IMG/VR virus record: IMGVR_UViG_3300042374_001628
Span: 1 to 64,000 of that record
DNA: 64,000 nucleotides
Reading direction: 5' to 3' (one strand)
From: an uncultured virus (IMG/VR IMGVR_UViG_3300042374_001628)
Lineage: Duplodnaviria; Heunggongvirae; Uroviricota; Caudoviricetes
Part shown: piece after piece, positions 1-9,289 of the stretch
Layout of the letters: the number at the start of each line of letters is the position of its first letter
Position numbering within the stretch: position 1 is the first letter of the stretch
The notes under the pieces: model-generated
Told to the model about the DNA's origin: nothing
Database searches by the model: none
What the model saw: the letters and a program-made list of their open reading frames with translations, nothing else
Position numbers and translations under genes: made by a program

Positions 1-1442
1 ACCTCTGCTTTTAGAGGTTTTGGAATATCAACGTAAAGCCAATTATATTTAAATATATCTTTTCTTACGTTGTGATTGTAGTGTTTTACAGCGACATTTC
101 TGATAAGATATCCAGCGTCATCCGCCCCACCATTAGTTCTAAATCCAAAAAATATAGAATCTTTTGCTTGACCACTAACTGTTCCGCTCGCTATTCCATC
201 TTCTATATAAAATCCACTACTATTTGTTCGAGTGGCATATGCGAATTTTTCATCATTTTCAATATATATATAATCCTGACCTTCTATTTTGCCACCTAAA
301 TTTTTTGGATCTAGTTGTGATCCTAATAAATATCCAGATGGAGGGTTATTTAAACCTCCGCGATTAAAAATTTGAGCAGTATAATAATCCACCTCCCCAT
401 CAATAAAAAGCCTGTCTTGTGCAAAATGATCCCAAAGTATAGATTTTTTTTCTATATCGTCTTGACCCAATTGCTGCTTTATACTTTCAGTATATTCTAT
501 AAATTTACCAGGAAGCCTTTGTGGAATACCATCGGAAGAATTAAAATCAAAAATTGAAGAAACGACCGAATATCTCATAAACCATGGGTCTATGCATGCC
601 ACAAGAATACAAAATATAATACATCCACAATATGAGCATGTTGCAGTTTTGGATACTAGGTAGTTTTGCCAGCCTATCGTCGGCTCTGGACCTCGAACTA
701 TTGTCCCATTATAATCCGTCAAAAATTTTTCTGATGGAAATAATTCATTTTTTGCAGCTTTATCTGTAAGCCAATATTGGTCAAGGGCATAAATAACTAA
801 ATTAAGGGCATGCTCTCCGTTTCCAATACAGCTATGGCCTTTATAAGAACAAACATAGCATGGCTCTCCGCATCCGCCAATCCAAAAACTTATAGACAGT
901 GGGGAGAGTATATACGGCCACCAACCATACTCTCTCCATTTTACAACTTCTCCAGTTAGTTCGTTAATATTTTCACTAAGTATGTCCTGATAATAATCTT
1001 TGACTAATTTTGTATTTCGTCCAAGCGCTGTTTGATCAGGCTTTGTAACAATACTGTCGTTTTTAACTAAATTGTATCTCGAATATGTGCTAAGGCATTT
1101 TTGATCGACGGATGTAGGGCGCTGCCCTTCGCGTGTAAAATCGCTATAAACCCAATTTTGAAAATTTGTTACAAATCCAAATAGTGGGGGGTTATTTGTA
1201 GAATATTTTTCTAAATCAACGTATTTTGGATTTTGCCAATGCCATGGCACGCCATATTCTTCTTTTATGCTACCAAATTTTGATGCAAGATAGCTTATAG
1301 AGCGTGTTGCTCCTATAAAGTATGTGCCAGATTGGCATGACAAGTCTTTATTTTCATTTTCTTCCGTGCCTTGGCCGGTGCGAATAATTCTTAAATTTGC
1401 TAAATTTGGATAATTGCACTGATTTAAATAATAATTTGACAT
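1..1442 (-). CDS. Hypothetical Cys/Trp-rich protein, truncated at the window edge (>=480 aa); possible virion protein
   Basis: Absent from the ORF track because it has no stop in the window. ATG at 1442 (MSNYYLNQCNYPNLANLRIIRTGQG...); the frame read open by eye at both ends; TGTAAT motif at 1462-1467. Confidence 0.7.
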   Translation of the reverse strand, partial: MSNYYLNQCNYPNLANLRIIRTGQGTEENENKDLSCQSGTYFIGATRSISYLASKFGSIKEEYGVPWHWQNPKYVDLEKYSTNNPPLFGFVTNFQNWVYSDFTREGQRPTSVDQKCLSTYSRYNLVKNDSIVTKPDQTALGRNTKLVKDYYQDILSENINELTGEVVKWREYGWWPYILSPLSISFWIGGCGEPCYVCSYKGHSCIGNGEHALNLVIYALDQYWLTDKAAKNELFPSEKFLTDYNGTIVRGPEPTIGWQNYLVSKTATCSYCGCIIFCILVACIDPWFMRYSVVSSIFDFNSSDGIPQRLPGKFIEYTESIKQQLGQDDIEKKSILWDHFAQDRLFIDGEVDYYTAQIFNRGGLNNPPSGYLLGSQLDPKNLGGKIEGQDYIYIENDEKFAYATRTNSSGFYIEDGIASGTVSGQAKDSIFFGFRTNGGADDAGYLIRNVAVKHYNHNVRKDIFKYNWLYVDIPKPLKAE

Positions 1443-1470
1443 AGTCTAGTATATAGACTTTATTACATAT

Positions 1471-2517
1471 TTATATGTCAGATTCTATCATTTCTTTGAT
1501 CAAGTCATCAAATGATATTTGCGGTACCCATCCAAGTTCAGATTTTGCCATATTGGAATCGCCAAGCAATAAGTCTACTTCAGCTGGTCTATAAAAAGCA
1601 GGACTAATTTTTACAAGCGTATTTGATTTTATGTTATTTTCTTGAGTAACAAAATTATCAATAACAAGCTTCTCATCTATGCCGTCACCCTCCCAATGAT
1701 AGTATTTAATACCAGCATAGACAAATGCTTTTTCAATAAATTCTTTAACTGTATGTGTTTTTCCAGAAGATAGTATATATTCTTTTGGTTCATTTTGATT
1801 TAGCATTATCCAAATGCCTTTTATAAAATCTTTAGCATGGCTCCAATCTCTTTTTGCGTAAATGTTTCCAAGCTCGAGCGGCTCAAAGACTTCTCCAGAA
1901 GTTATAGCTTTTTTAATTTTACCGATATGTTTTGTTATTTTTCTAGTAACGAATTCTTCACCGCGCCTTGGGCTTTCATGATTATATAATAATCCTTGTA
2001 TCGCAAAAAGGTTATAACTTTCACGGTATACTTTTACAATATGTCTAGCGGCTGCTTTTGCGGCGCCGTATGGGCTTCTTGGCTTTAGGGGGTGTTTTTC
2101 ATCTTGTGGGCTGTAATCAACATTGCCTAATTCTTCTGAGGATCCGGCATTATAAAATCTACATTTTGGGGCATGCTTTCTAATCGCCTCTAAGCATCTT
2201 ATTACGCCTATTGAATCGATATCAAATGTTTGTTCTGGAATTTGCCATGATGCGCCAACAAAGCTTTGAGCAGCTAAATTTATAAAATAATCTGGCACAA
2301 TATCTCTGACAATATTATCTATTGATTGAGAATCTGCAAGGTCTCCAGTTATTAGTTTGAATTTGTTATTGTTTAATAAATGTTTTATATTTTTATAATT
2401 ATTTGTTGACGCTCTACGAACCATGCCATAAATTTCATAATCGGTATTTTCCAGCAAATATTCTGCCATATAAGACCCATCTTGTCCAGTCACCCCAGTA
2501 ATTAAAACTTTTTTCAT
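1471..2517 (-). CDS. gmd: GDP-mannose 4,6-dehydratase
   Basis: ITGVTGQDGSY, NLAAQSFV, PRSPYGAAK, NHESPRRGEEFVTRKIT, RDWSHAKD, YRPAEVDLLLGD. Confidence 0.95.
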   Translation of the reverse strand: MKKVLITGVTGQDGSYMAEYLLENTDYEIYGMVRRASTNNYKNIKHLLNNNKFKLITGDLADSQSIDNIVRDIVPDYFINLAAQSFVGASWQIPEQTFDIDSIGVIRCLEAIRKHAPKCRFYNAGSSEELGNVDYSPQDEKHPLKPRSPYGAAKAAARHIVKVYRESYNLFAIQGLLYNHESPRRGEEFVTRKITKHIGKIKKAITSGEVFEPLELGNIYAKRDWSHAKDFIKGIWIMLNQNEPKEYILSSGKTHTVKEFIEKAFVYAGIKYYHWEGDGIDEKLVIDNFVTQENNIKSNTLVKISPAFYRPAEVDLLLGDSNMAKSELGWVPQISFDDLIKEMIESDI

Positions 2518-2532
2518 TGTTTGTTTATATTG

Positions 2533-3183
2533 CTATTTAAGCGCATCAAATATAGATGAAAATGCGTGAAGATCCCAAAGATTTTGTAATTTCTCTACGA
2601 CATCTGTATTATTGTTAATTTCGCGCCTAATATTTAAAATCATGTAATCAGTATCATGATGAATATTATAAATATCAAAATTATTTAATATAGATATTTT
2701 ACTTAAAGAGACTAATGAGTATATGTATTTTGCTTTTTTGAATTGCTCAATGTTACTTAAAATAAAATGTGGCGTAAATATACCAACATGCAAATCAATG
2801 TTTTTTGAAAAAAGTTCTTGAATTGAAAAAATAGATTTTAAGCATACATTTGATAAATCTGGAATAATAACTGAATCGATTTTTCCAGAAGCTAATAGTT
2901 TGGAAACATTTTTTTTATTAAAAATATTCTCACCATATTCTTCAAATGCCGATGCTTGAATATCTGCCTTGATCAAGCTGTTGCTTGATACTAATGCACT
3001 GTTGTTATATTTTATTTTATTTGAATATAATTTTTTAAATAAATTAAAAATATCAGCTTGATTTAAAATATTATTGCCTGTATTGTCGCCAAAGTTAAAA
3101 TAACAATACGCACAAATATTTTTATCTAAAATATTATTTTTAACGATATTTTGAGAATCGCAAAGATTACAAGCTTTACTCAT
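2533..3183 (-). CDS. Hypothetical protein with CxxC...CxxC N-terminus; possible degenerate sugar methyltransferase-like protein
   Basis: CNLC...CAYC; YIYSLVSLSKI...FDIYNI resembles YYYSLKAMKYL...LSIFDV of 9282..10496. Confidence 0.45.
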   Translation of the reverse strand: MSKACNLCDSQNIVKNNILDKNICAYCYFNFGDNTGNNILNQADIFNLFKKLYSNKIKYNNSALVSSNSLIKADIQASAFEEYGENIFNKKNVSKLLASGKIDSVIIPDLSNVCLKSIFSIQELFSKNIDLHVGIFTPHFILSNIEQFKKAKYIYSLVSLSKISILNNFDIYNIHHDTDYMILNIRREINNNTDVVEKLQNLWDLHAFSSIFDALK

Positions 3184-3213
3184 ATATATAATTTTAAGTA
3201 TATTATATATATG

Positions 3214-3582
3214 TTATTTTGCGCAAATTTTCCAGTAAATATCTTCTGCCTCTGACATTGATTTATTTAAAATTTCTTGATAATCTTCAACATCTGCCAC
3301 TTCTTTTTTTCCAGTAATTAAATTTAATAAATCTACATTACTGTCATTTAATACTTCATTAATTTGCTTTAGCTGGTTCTGCATTATTTCATTAACGCTT
3401 TCTTTCCATGCTTTTATAAAAGCTTTTTCAAATTTTTCTCTGTCCTGCTCTAAATAAGAATCTGACTCTATAATTTTGTTCCATAAAAAGGATACTATTG
3501 ATAGTAGTAAATTTTCTTTCATTCCATTGAAAATTTTTTCTTTGTAATTGTCTTCAAATATATTTGATGTATTATTTTCCAC
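3214..3582 (-). CDS. Hypothetical helical acidic protein
   Basis: ORF track 3214..3618; GTG at 3582, overlapping the dUTPase end, is the more plausible start. Confidence 0.6.
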   Translation of the reverse strand: MENNTSNIFEDNYKEKIFNGMKENLLLSIVSFLWNKIIESDSYLEQDREKFEKAFIKAWKESVNEIMQNQLKQINEVLNDSNVDLLNLITGKKEVADVEDYQEILNKSMSEAEDIYWKICAK

Positions 3583-3991
3583 TAGAACCAAACCCCCTTT
3601 CACCGCGATCAGACTCATCTAGTGAATCTACAAGTATCGGATCCCAGTTATAACATTTTTCAATAATTAATTGGGCAATTTTATCGCCAATATTGATTGT
3701 GTAATCATTTTCTCCAGAATTGTATAGAATAACTTTTATTTCGCCTCTATAGCCTGAATCAACAACCCCAGCGAAAACATCGAGTCCGTACTTATATGCC
3801 AGTCCAGATCTGGGGGCTACTCTGGCATAATGCCCATCTGGAATTGAAATGGAAATCCCACAGCTTACAGCTTTCCAACTACGACCTTTTATTACATCTG
3901 GCTCAGATGAGTATAAATCAAGCCCAGCGTCAGATGGCGTGTTTCTAGTTGGTAATTTAGAATTTTTTGTTAAAAGTTTGACTTGTATCAT
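3572..3991 (-). CDS. dut: Trimeric dUTPase
   Basis: DAGLDL, APRSGLA, GVVDSGYRGEI, DKIAQL, RGERGFGSSG; start set to ATG at 3991 (MIQVK). Confidence 0.95.
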   Translation of the reverse strand: MIQVKLLTKNSKLPTRNTPSDAGLDLYSSEPDVIKGRSWKAVSCGISISIPDGHYARVAPRSGLAYKYGLDVFAGVVDSGYRGEIKVILYNSGENDYTINIGDKIAQLIIEKCYNWDPILVDSLDESDRGERGFGSSGK

Positions 3992-4027
3992 TAAACTATT
4001 ATAGTTCAATATATTACAAAGACAATA

Positions 4028-4432
4028 TTATATTTTTATAAGTTCTATGCCGAATTCTTTTGCTAGTTCTGTAGAAAAATCGTCACGCTCATAAGCTTCG
4101 TTATAATAAACTTCTTTTATTCCATACATTGATATATTCTTTATACATTCAGAGCAGGGGCGTAGTGTGACTGCCATTAATTTAGCTTCATGTGGCTTAA
4201 TGTAGCGCAAAGCAGCGGCTTCTGCGTGAGATACTCGACGACGCCTTTCGTCTCTATCGCTCCAATTAATCTCAACGCCTGGAGGCGCTCCATTGTAACC
4301 TATTGCAGCTACAGTATTATCATAGCGCAGAATACAGGCACCGACCTTCCTATAAGGATCTTCAGATCTAAGTGCGGCAGCTTTTGCAAGCTCCATGGCA
4401 TATTCTGGCCAAGTTAATCGTTTATGCATCAT
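4028..4432 (-). CDS. dCMP deaminase (ComEB/cytidine deaminase family)
   Basis: RSEDPYRKVGA, GYNG, HAE and PCSEC zinc motifs; ATGA overlap with the RNR stop. Confidence 0.9.
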   Translation of the reverse strand: MMHKRLTWPEYAMELAKAAALRSEDPYRKVGACILRYDNTVAAIGYNGAPPGVEINWSDRDERRRRVSHAEAAALRYIKPHEAKLMAVTLRPCSECIKNISMYGIKEVYYNEAYERDDFSTELAKEFGIELIKI

Positions 4433-6753
4433 ATTTGACAAGCACCACCAGCACAGGCTTGGGCTCCAAGAGTAGCGGCCTCTACGTAGGTTTGGTCTTT
4501 TTCTATTACACTAGACCAATCGACTTCTCGATGTTCTCTTTGTATGTCGCACCATGTTTTCCACAATGTAACATGTTTTAAACAATGCGCTGTCCTGCGA
4601 TCATCGCCATTAAAATATCTTTGAGAAAACTGCTTCGCTCTCCTTAACCAGTCTTTTTTCGCAAACCAATTGTCATATTCTACTTTTTTTCCATAGTATG
4701 AAATAATTTTTTCATTATGCTCTTTAAGAGTATACCCATTCTTATGTGGAAATACTGGCTCAATCATGCTTTCTGGAACTTGCTCTCCAATGCCAAGAAA
4801 TGCATCGCATGCTTTCCATAAATTACCATCAAAAGCAGCTAGTCCATCTACAGTTAATCCAGAAGCAAACACTGAAGCATTTCCATATTGCTCAACAATC
4901 TCTTCTGGGGTTAAAACAGTGCTGAATGGAGCCTGTGGGTAGTCAAGATCGCCAGAGGATGGCAGCAATGATATGCCAGAAAAATATTCTTGATTATTAA
5001 AAATAAACTTTTCGACATCCTTCCATTCATTTGGTTGAACAACTACTGTGCATGACACATTATGCCTAACATATGGTTTTACGCATAGTTCTTGATTTGT
5101 GCCATGTTCTACCCAGTTTCTTTGAGTAGACTTGATTTGATCTAAAAACTGAACTGCTGATGTGGCATTTTTTAAAATAGCGCCTCTTGGCACTTCGCAC
5201 AAAAACGAAACAACCTCATCGGTTCCGTTGGCTGACCAAACGCTTGTTTCTACAGCAAGTGGGTTTTGTGACTTATAATGCTGTGCTGGAAATTCATTGC
5301 GATTGGCTTGAACTCTGCGAATATATCGTTTTGCATGGTGTGGGTGTATTCCAGAGGCGGTTCCAAGCACACAACTGGTTGATCCGGCTGGCTTTACGCA
5401 TGTTGTTCTTGCAGATTGATTAATACCAATCATTGCGGAAATTTTTTTATTTGTTTTTTTAATTTCCTCCGCGCCTTTTCTTTGAATTTTTGAATCTAAA
5501 AGAATTTCAGGATTATCCATGAATCCAGTTATCGAACAGCCAAGAAGGGCCTCTCTTTCAACTATTTTTTTAGTAGTATCTGTTAAATAGTTAAAACGAG
5601 TATACCCTGCCTGCATTGTTCCCAAAATGGCAGATGCTCGGCATGCTTCATAAAACTCATCTTCGCTTGTGCAAAATTTTCCATTAATTTCCGTTAGATT
5701 ACAGACTTGTATGCCGCTCTTGCCATTAAAGTTTGGAATCATTCCAATTTCAGCACATGGGTTATATACAACGTCTGTTCCATGTAGCCAAATAAATCCA
5801 GGCTCACCAAATTGACGCGTTGACTCCATGAGGCTATGAAACTCTTCTGAAGTTGTTTTGCCTTTAATAAGGACAGCAGAATTATTAGACCTTGCTCTTT
5901 GAGGATTTTCTATAAACCAATTGCCAGTTTTAGCAGCAGCCATTTCGCCATCATTTAGTGAAAATTGACAGATAGTAGCAGATCTGCGAACGCCCCCAGA
6001 TAAAACTGCATCGCTGGCATGCATAATAATATCATATGCATCTATTGGGCGCAGCTTCCCAGCAAATTCATCTGTTTTGAATTCTGCACTATTAATTCGT
6101 TTTTCAATCAATGTCCTAATTTTTTCTATTGCCTTTTCAAGGCCTTTATGTCCAGGTGCTTTAAATTGACCAGCTATTAAGGCGCCCTCTGGACGAATAA
6201 GGCTATAATCAAAATTTACTTTGTGACCAGACATTTCTGGAAATTCGCTGTCTTTTTCAGCAAAATAGCTATTGACAATAACCCCAATCGCATCGGCCCA
6301 GCCCTCAATGGAATCTTCTACTTTCCATTTTCTCCAAGCAGAACTATCTACGTGATGAAGTTTGGGCAATTTATCAATGTGTTCTTTTTGAACAGAAAAT
6401 CCAAGACCAACACCACAAAGTAATACATACATCGATTCTTGGAATGATCTTGCCCTATCAATATAGGTAGAAGAACAGTTATAGATTTTAAATTCTTCTT
6501 TCTCAATCCATTTTCCGCCAAATTGTAAAGCCCTTTGTGAGCCAAGAACTCTTTTCTTTCTTACCATTCTTTTTGCAAATTCAAATTCCTCTTTAAATTC
6601 TGGATTTGATTCTAGAACATGAGCATACTTTCTAGCATGCATTCCAAATACGCGCTCTACAATTTCTGGCCATGTCTCTCTTCTTTGTTTTTCTGGAAGA
6701 TAGTGTGAGTATTTTGCGTACAATGTGTATTCTGAAAGTGCTTTTAGGCTCAT
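4429..6753 (-). CDS. nrdJ: Ribonucleotide reductase, class II (adenosylcobalamin-dependent, monomeric RTPR/NrdJ-like)
   Basis: YNCS, GGVRRSA, NPCAEI, CNLTEIN, TTCVKPAGSTS, C-terminal ACAGGAC; no adjacent beta-subunit gene. Confidence 0.8.
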   Translation of the reverse strand: MSLKALSEYTLYAKYSHYLPEKQRRETWPEIVERVFGMHARKYAHVLESNPEFKEEFEFAKRMVRKKRVLGSQRALQFGGKWIEKEEFKIYNCSSTYIDRARSFQESMYVLLCGVGLGFSVQKEHIDKLPKLHHVDSSAWRKWKVEDSIEGWADAIGVIVNSYFAEKDSEFPEMSGHKVNFDYSLIRPEGALIAGQFKAPGHKGLEKAIEKIRTLIEKRINSAEFKTDEFAGKLRPIDAYDIIMHASDAVLSGGVRRSATICQFSLNDGEMAAAKTGNWFIENPQRARSNNSAVLIKGKTTSEEFHSLMESTRQFGEPGFIWLHGTDVVYNPCAEIGMIPNFNGKSGIQVCNLTEINGKFCTSEDEFYEACRASAILGTMQAGYTRFNYLTDTTKKIVEREALLGCSITGFMDNPEILLDSKIQRKGAEEIKKTNKKISAMIGINQSARTTCVKPAGSTSCVLGTASGIHPHHAKRYIRRVQANRNEFPAQHYKSQNPLAVETSVWSANGTDEVVSFLCEVPRGAILKNATSAVQFLDQIKSTQRNWVEHGTNQELCVKPYVRHNVSCTVVVQPNEWKDVEKFIFNNQEYFSGISLLPSSGDLDYPQAPFSTVLTPEEIVEQYGNASVFASGLTVDGLAAFDGNLWKACDAFLGIGEQVPESMIEPVFPHKNGYTLKEHNEKIISYYGKKVEYDNWFAKKDWLRRAKQFSQRYFNGDDRRTAHCLKHVTLWKTWCDIQREHREVDWSSVIEKDQTYVEAATLGAQACAGGACQI

Positions 6754-6779
6754 AGTATTAAAAATGATTTAAATTTTTT

Positions 6780-6795
6780 TGACGCGCTTGCGTCA
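6780..6795 (-). promoter_or_regulatory. Hairpin in the RNR leader
   Basis: TGACGC-gctt-GCGTCA, between a CGTAAT motif (6805-6810) and the ATG at 6753. Confidence 0.4.
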
Positions 6796-6884
6796 GTTTT
6801 TTATATTACGCTAATTTGTTTGGAATGAAAATTTTTTTTACGTGATGGCGTAAAAAAAATGAAAACAAAAAAAAGTGGTGTATG

Positions 6885-7718
6885 TTATTTTATAGACATA
6901 TCAAATATCATCTCTTCTATAGATAATATTTTACCATTCCATAACTGGCTATTCATTGATTGATCTATCGTAGATAATGTTTTATTAACAGTAATGTCAC
7001 AAAGGCTAGGAGTAATATCAATATTTTTTTTAAAATACTTTTTAAATAATTCGAGTAAATGATATTTGCTAGCTGTATCTTGCGGAACTATATGCTGAAC
7101 ATTATTGACTTGTATATTATTTGATATTATATTTTCACATATTTTGGCAAATTGAAGTGTTGTAATTCCATTCCAAAAATGATTAATATATCCTTCAATT
7201 GGGATATCGGTATTTTGGTTGAGAAACCAAGAAAGTAAATTTTTTGATGTATTTAGTTCCTCACCAATGATTGAGCATCTAAGATTGTAGACTTTCTCAT
7301 TTTTGATTTCTCCAAGACTTTTAGTTTTTCCGTACACATCAACTGCATCATGCGATGATAGCTCTGAATAGTTGCCAGATTTTCCAGAAAATACCCCATC
7401 GGTAGTTATGTTAATAATTCTTTTTGCAAGATCTGATTGCAATATCTTCATGGGAAGTAGCGTGTTGATATTGACTGCTTCAGACAAAAGATCTGGAGTT
7501 TTTTCCTTTGTTCTTAATATACCAGCACAATTAATTAAATAATCATAAGGCAAAAAGAAACTAAAGAGTTCATCGTAATGAATATAGAATATATTATCCT
7601 CTCGACAAATTCTCCTATTTCTAGTAAAAGCATATATTGTCCAGTTTTTATTTTTGGATAGATATTTTACAACCGTATGCCCCAGCATTCCTCCAGAACC
7701 AACTACCGCAATTTTCAT
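6885..7718 (-). CDS. RmlD-like NAD(P)-dependent nucleotide-sugar 4-reductase
   Basis: GSGGMLG, INCAG, TTDGVFSG, YGKTK (YxxxK), LRCSIIG. Confidence 0.85.
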   Translation of the reverse strand: MKIAVVGSGGMLGHTVVKYLSKNKNWTIYAFTRNRRICREDNIFYIHYDELFSFFLPYDYLINCAGILRTKEKTPDLLSEAVNINTLLPMKILQSDLAKRIINITTDGVFSGKSGNYSELSSHDAVDVYGKTKSLGEIKNEKVYNLRCSIIGEELNTSKNLLSWFLNQNTDIPIEGYINHFWNGITTLQFAKICENIISNNIQVNNVQHIVPQDTASKYHLLELFKKYFKKNIDITPSLCDITVNKTLSTIDQSMNSQLWNGKILSIEEMIFDMSIK

Positions 7719-8641
7719 AAATAAAAATTATTATCAGATAGTAGATTTTCTAAAGCTAGCTTATCCATTACATAATCTCTACTTGAAAATTCTTTATTAA
7801 TAAAATTAACAGGCTTTTCAGAAGTTTTCGTTGGGCTAATTGCAAAATAATTGTCATGGCTTGTAGTTCTGAAAGCCTCCTCTTCGCTTATCATTACTTC
7901 GTGTATTTTTTCGCCAACTCTTGGTTTTGTAATAGAATATTGCAATCCAAATTTTTCTTTATAAATATCAAAAAGATCTTTTATTTTGAAAGATTTAATA
8001 TTAGGAATTATTGTTGCCTGTGAAAAATTTTGCATGCTATATAGAATTAAGTCTATTGCATCTTCTATGGATAGCATAAATCTGGTCATTTCTTCTGAAT
8101 ATAAATTTAATTCATATTTATTTTCTAGCGCGTTTTTAATTAATGGTATAATAGATCCAGTTGAATTTGTTACATTTCCGTATCTGCATGATACTAAAGG
8201 TACATGCGAGTTATTTACAATAAAAGATTGTTCAGCAACGAATTTGCAGGCGCCATATATAGTTGTTGCCGCGCATGCCTTGTCGCTTGAAACAAAACAT
8301 GCTGATTCAAAATTATTATCTTCAGCGGCAATTCTCGAATTTACTGCACCATTTATAATAGTATCTATTGCTTCAGTAGTGTTCTCGTCGCAAGCCGATA
8401 TTTGCTTTAAGCTGGCTGTAAAAATGCCTACATTGCAATCTTTTGACTCTCTAATTAATCTATTTAAATTTCTAATATCTCCAACAACGCATTTTATTTT
8501 TGGATATTTTTTCTTTAATAAATAGTGCTTGGCCTCGTCTCTAGAAAAGCAAACAATTTCATTATCTTTATAAAGTCTTTCAATTAAATTTTTTCCAAGA
8601 TATCCAGCGCCTCCAGTAATAAAAATTCGCTTGTTTTTCAT
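7715..8641 (-). CDS. UDP-GlcNAc 4,6-dehydratase (PseB/FlaA1/WbjB/CapD family)
   Basis: ITGGAGYLG, FSRDEAK, SLKQI, SSDKA, YGACK, RYGNV, MTRF, GEKIHE. Confidence 0.88.
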   Translation of the reverse strand: MKNKRIFITGGAGYLGKNLIERLYKDNEIVCFSRDEAKHYLLKKKYPKIKCVVGDIRNLNRLIRESKDCNVGIFTASLKQISACDENTTEAIDTIINGAVNSRIAAEDNNFESACFVSSDKACAATTIYGACKFVAEQSFIVNNSHVPLVSCRYGNVTNSTGSIIPLIKNALENKYELNLYSEEMTRFMLSIEDAIDLILYSMQNFSQATIIPNIKSFKIKDLFDIYKEKFGLQYSITKPRVGEKIHEVMISEEEAFRTTSHDNYFAISPTKTSEKPVNFINKEFSSRDYVMDKLALENLLSDNNFYL

Positions 8642-8644
8642 ATA

Positions 8645-9289
8645 TCATTTATGATGTATTGTAAATGTTTTATCTAAAAAATTTGTGCCAACGAGTTCAC
8701 CAAATTCTTTATTGTATGGTCTTGTTTCGGCTAGTTTCCTAACTTGATTGCGGCATTCTTCTTGAGGCCAAGAGCATAAATTAGGAACAATGGCCCATTT
8801 ATCAGCTAATAATTTTCTATTATTGTCGCTTGGGGGCCAAGAGCTTGGAATATTTAAAAATGGTATTTCTAAATCATAATAATACGCAATATTTGCTTCA
8901 TTTAATCTAAATAAAAAATCCATATCTTCTTGACCGCCGCCGACAAATCTTTCATCAAAAAACCCTACCCTTCTTATAGTTTCTTTATGTATGCCAAAAA
9001 AACCAAGAGCATATAGGCCAACCAGCCCATAGCCAGATCTAAGTAATTGAATTATTTTATAAAAACTTTTGGATGATTCTGGTCTAGCCTTATCCGATAA
9101 GAATATGCAATATTCTGATTTAGAGCTTAAAATAGATTGATTCATCATCTCGGAATAACTTTTGGGGTTATTTGGAGTAAATAAATCAAAATTTATATCA
9201 GGGGTTGAGCGTATTAATTCGTCCGCCAAATGTTGCCTATTGGAGTTAATTGTGCAAGAAAATAAAGTCTCGTTAAAAAAATTATTCAT
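8645..9289 (-). CDS. GT-A fold glycosyltransferase (GT2-like)
   Basis: VGFFDERFVGGGQEDMDFLFRL motif. Confidence 0.75.
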   Translation of the reverse strand: MNNFFNETLFSCTINSNRQHLADELIRSTPDINFDLFTPNNPKSYSEMMNQSILSSKSEYCIFLSDKARPESSKSFYKIIQLLRSGYGLVGLYALGFFGIHKETIRRVGFFDERFVGGGQEDMDFLFRLNEANIAYYYDLEIPFLNIPSSWPPSDNNRKLLADKWAIVPNLCSWPQEECRNQVRKLAETRPYNKEFGELVGTNFLDKTFTIHHK

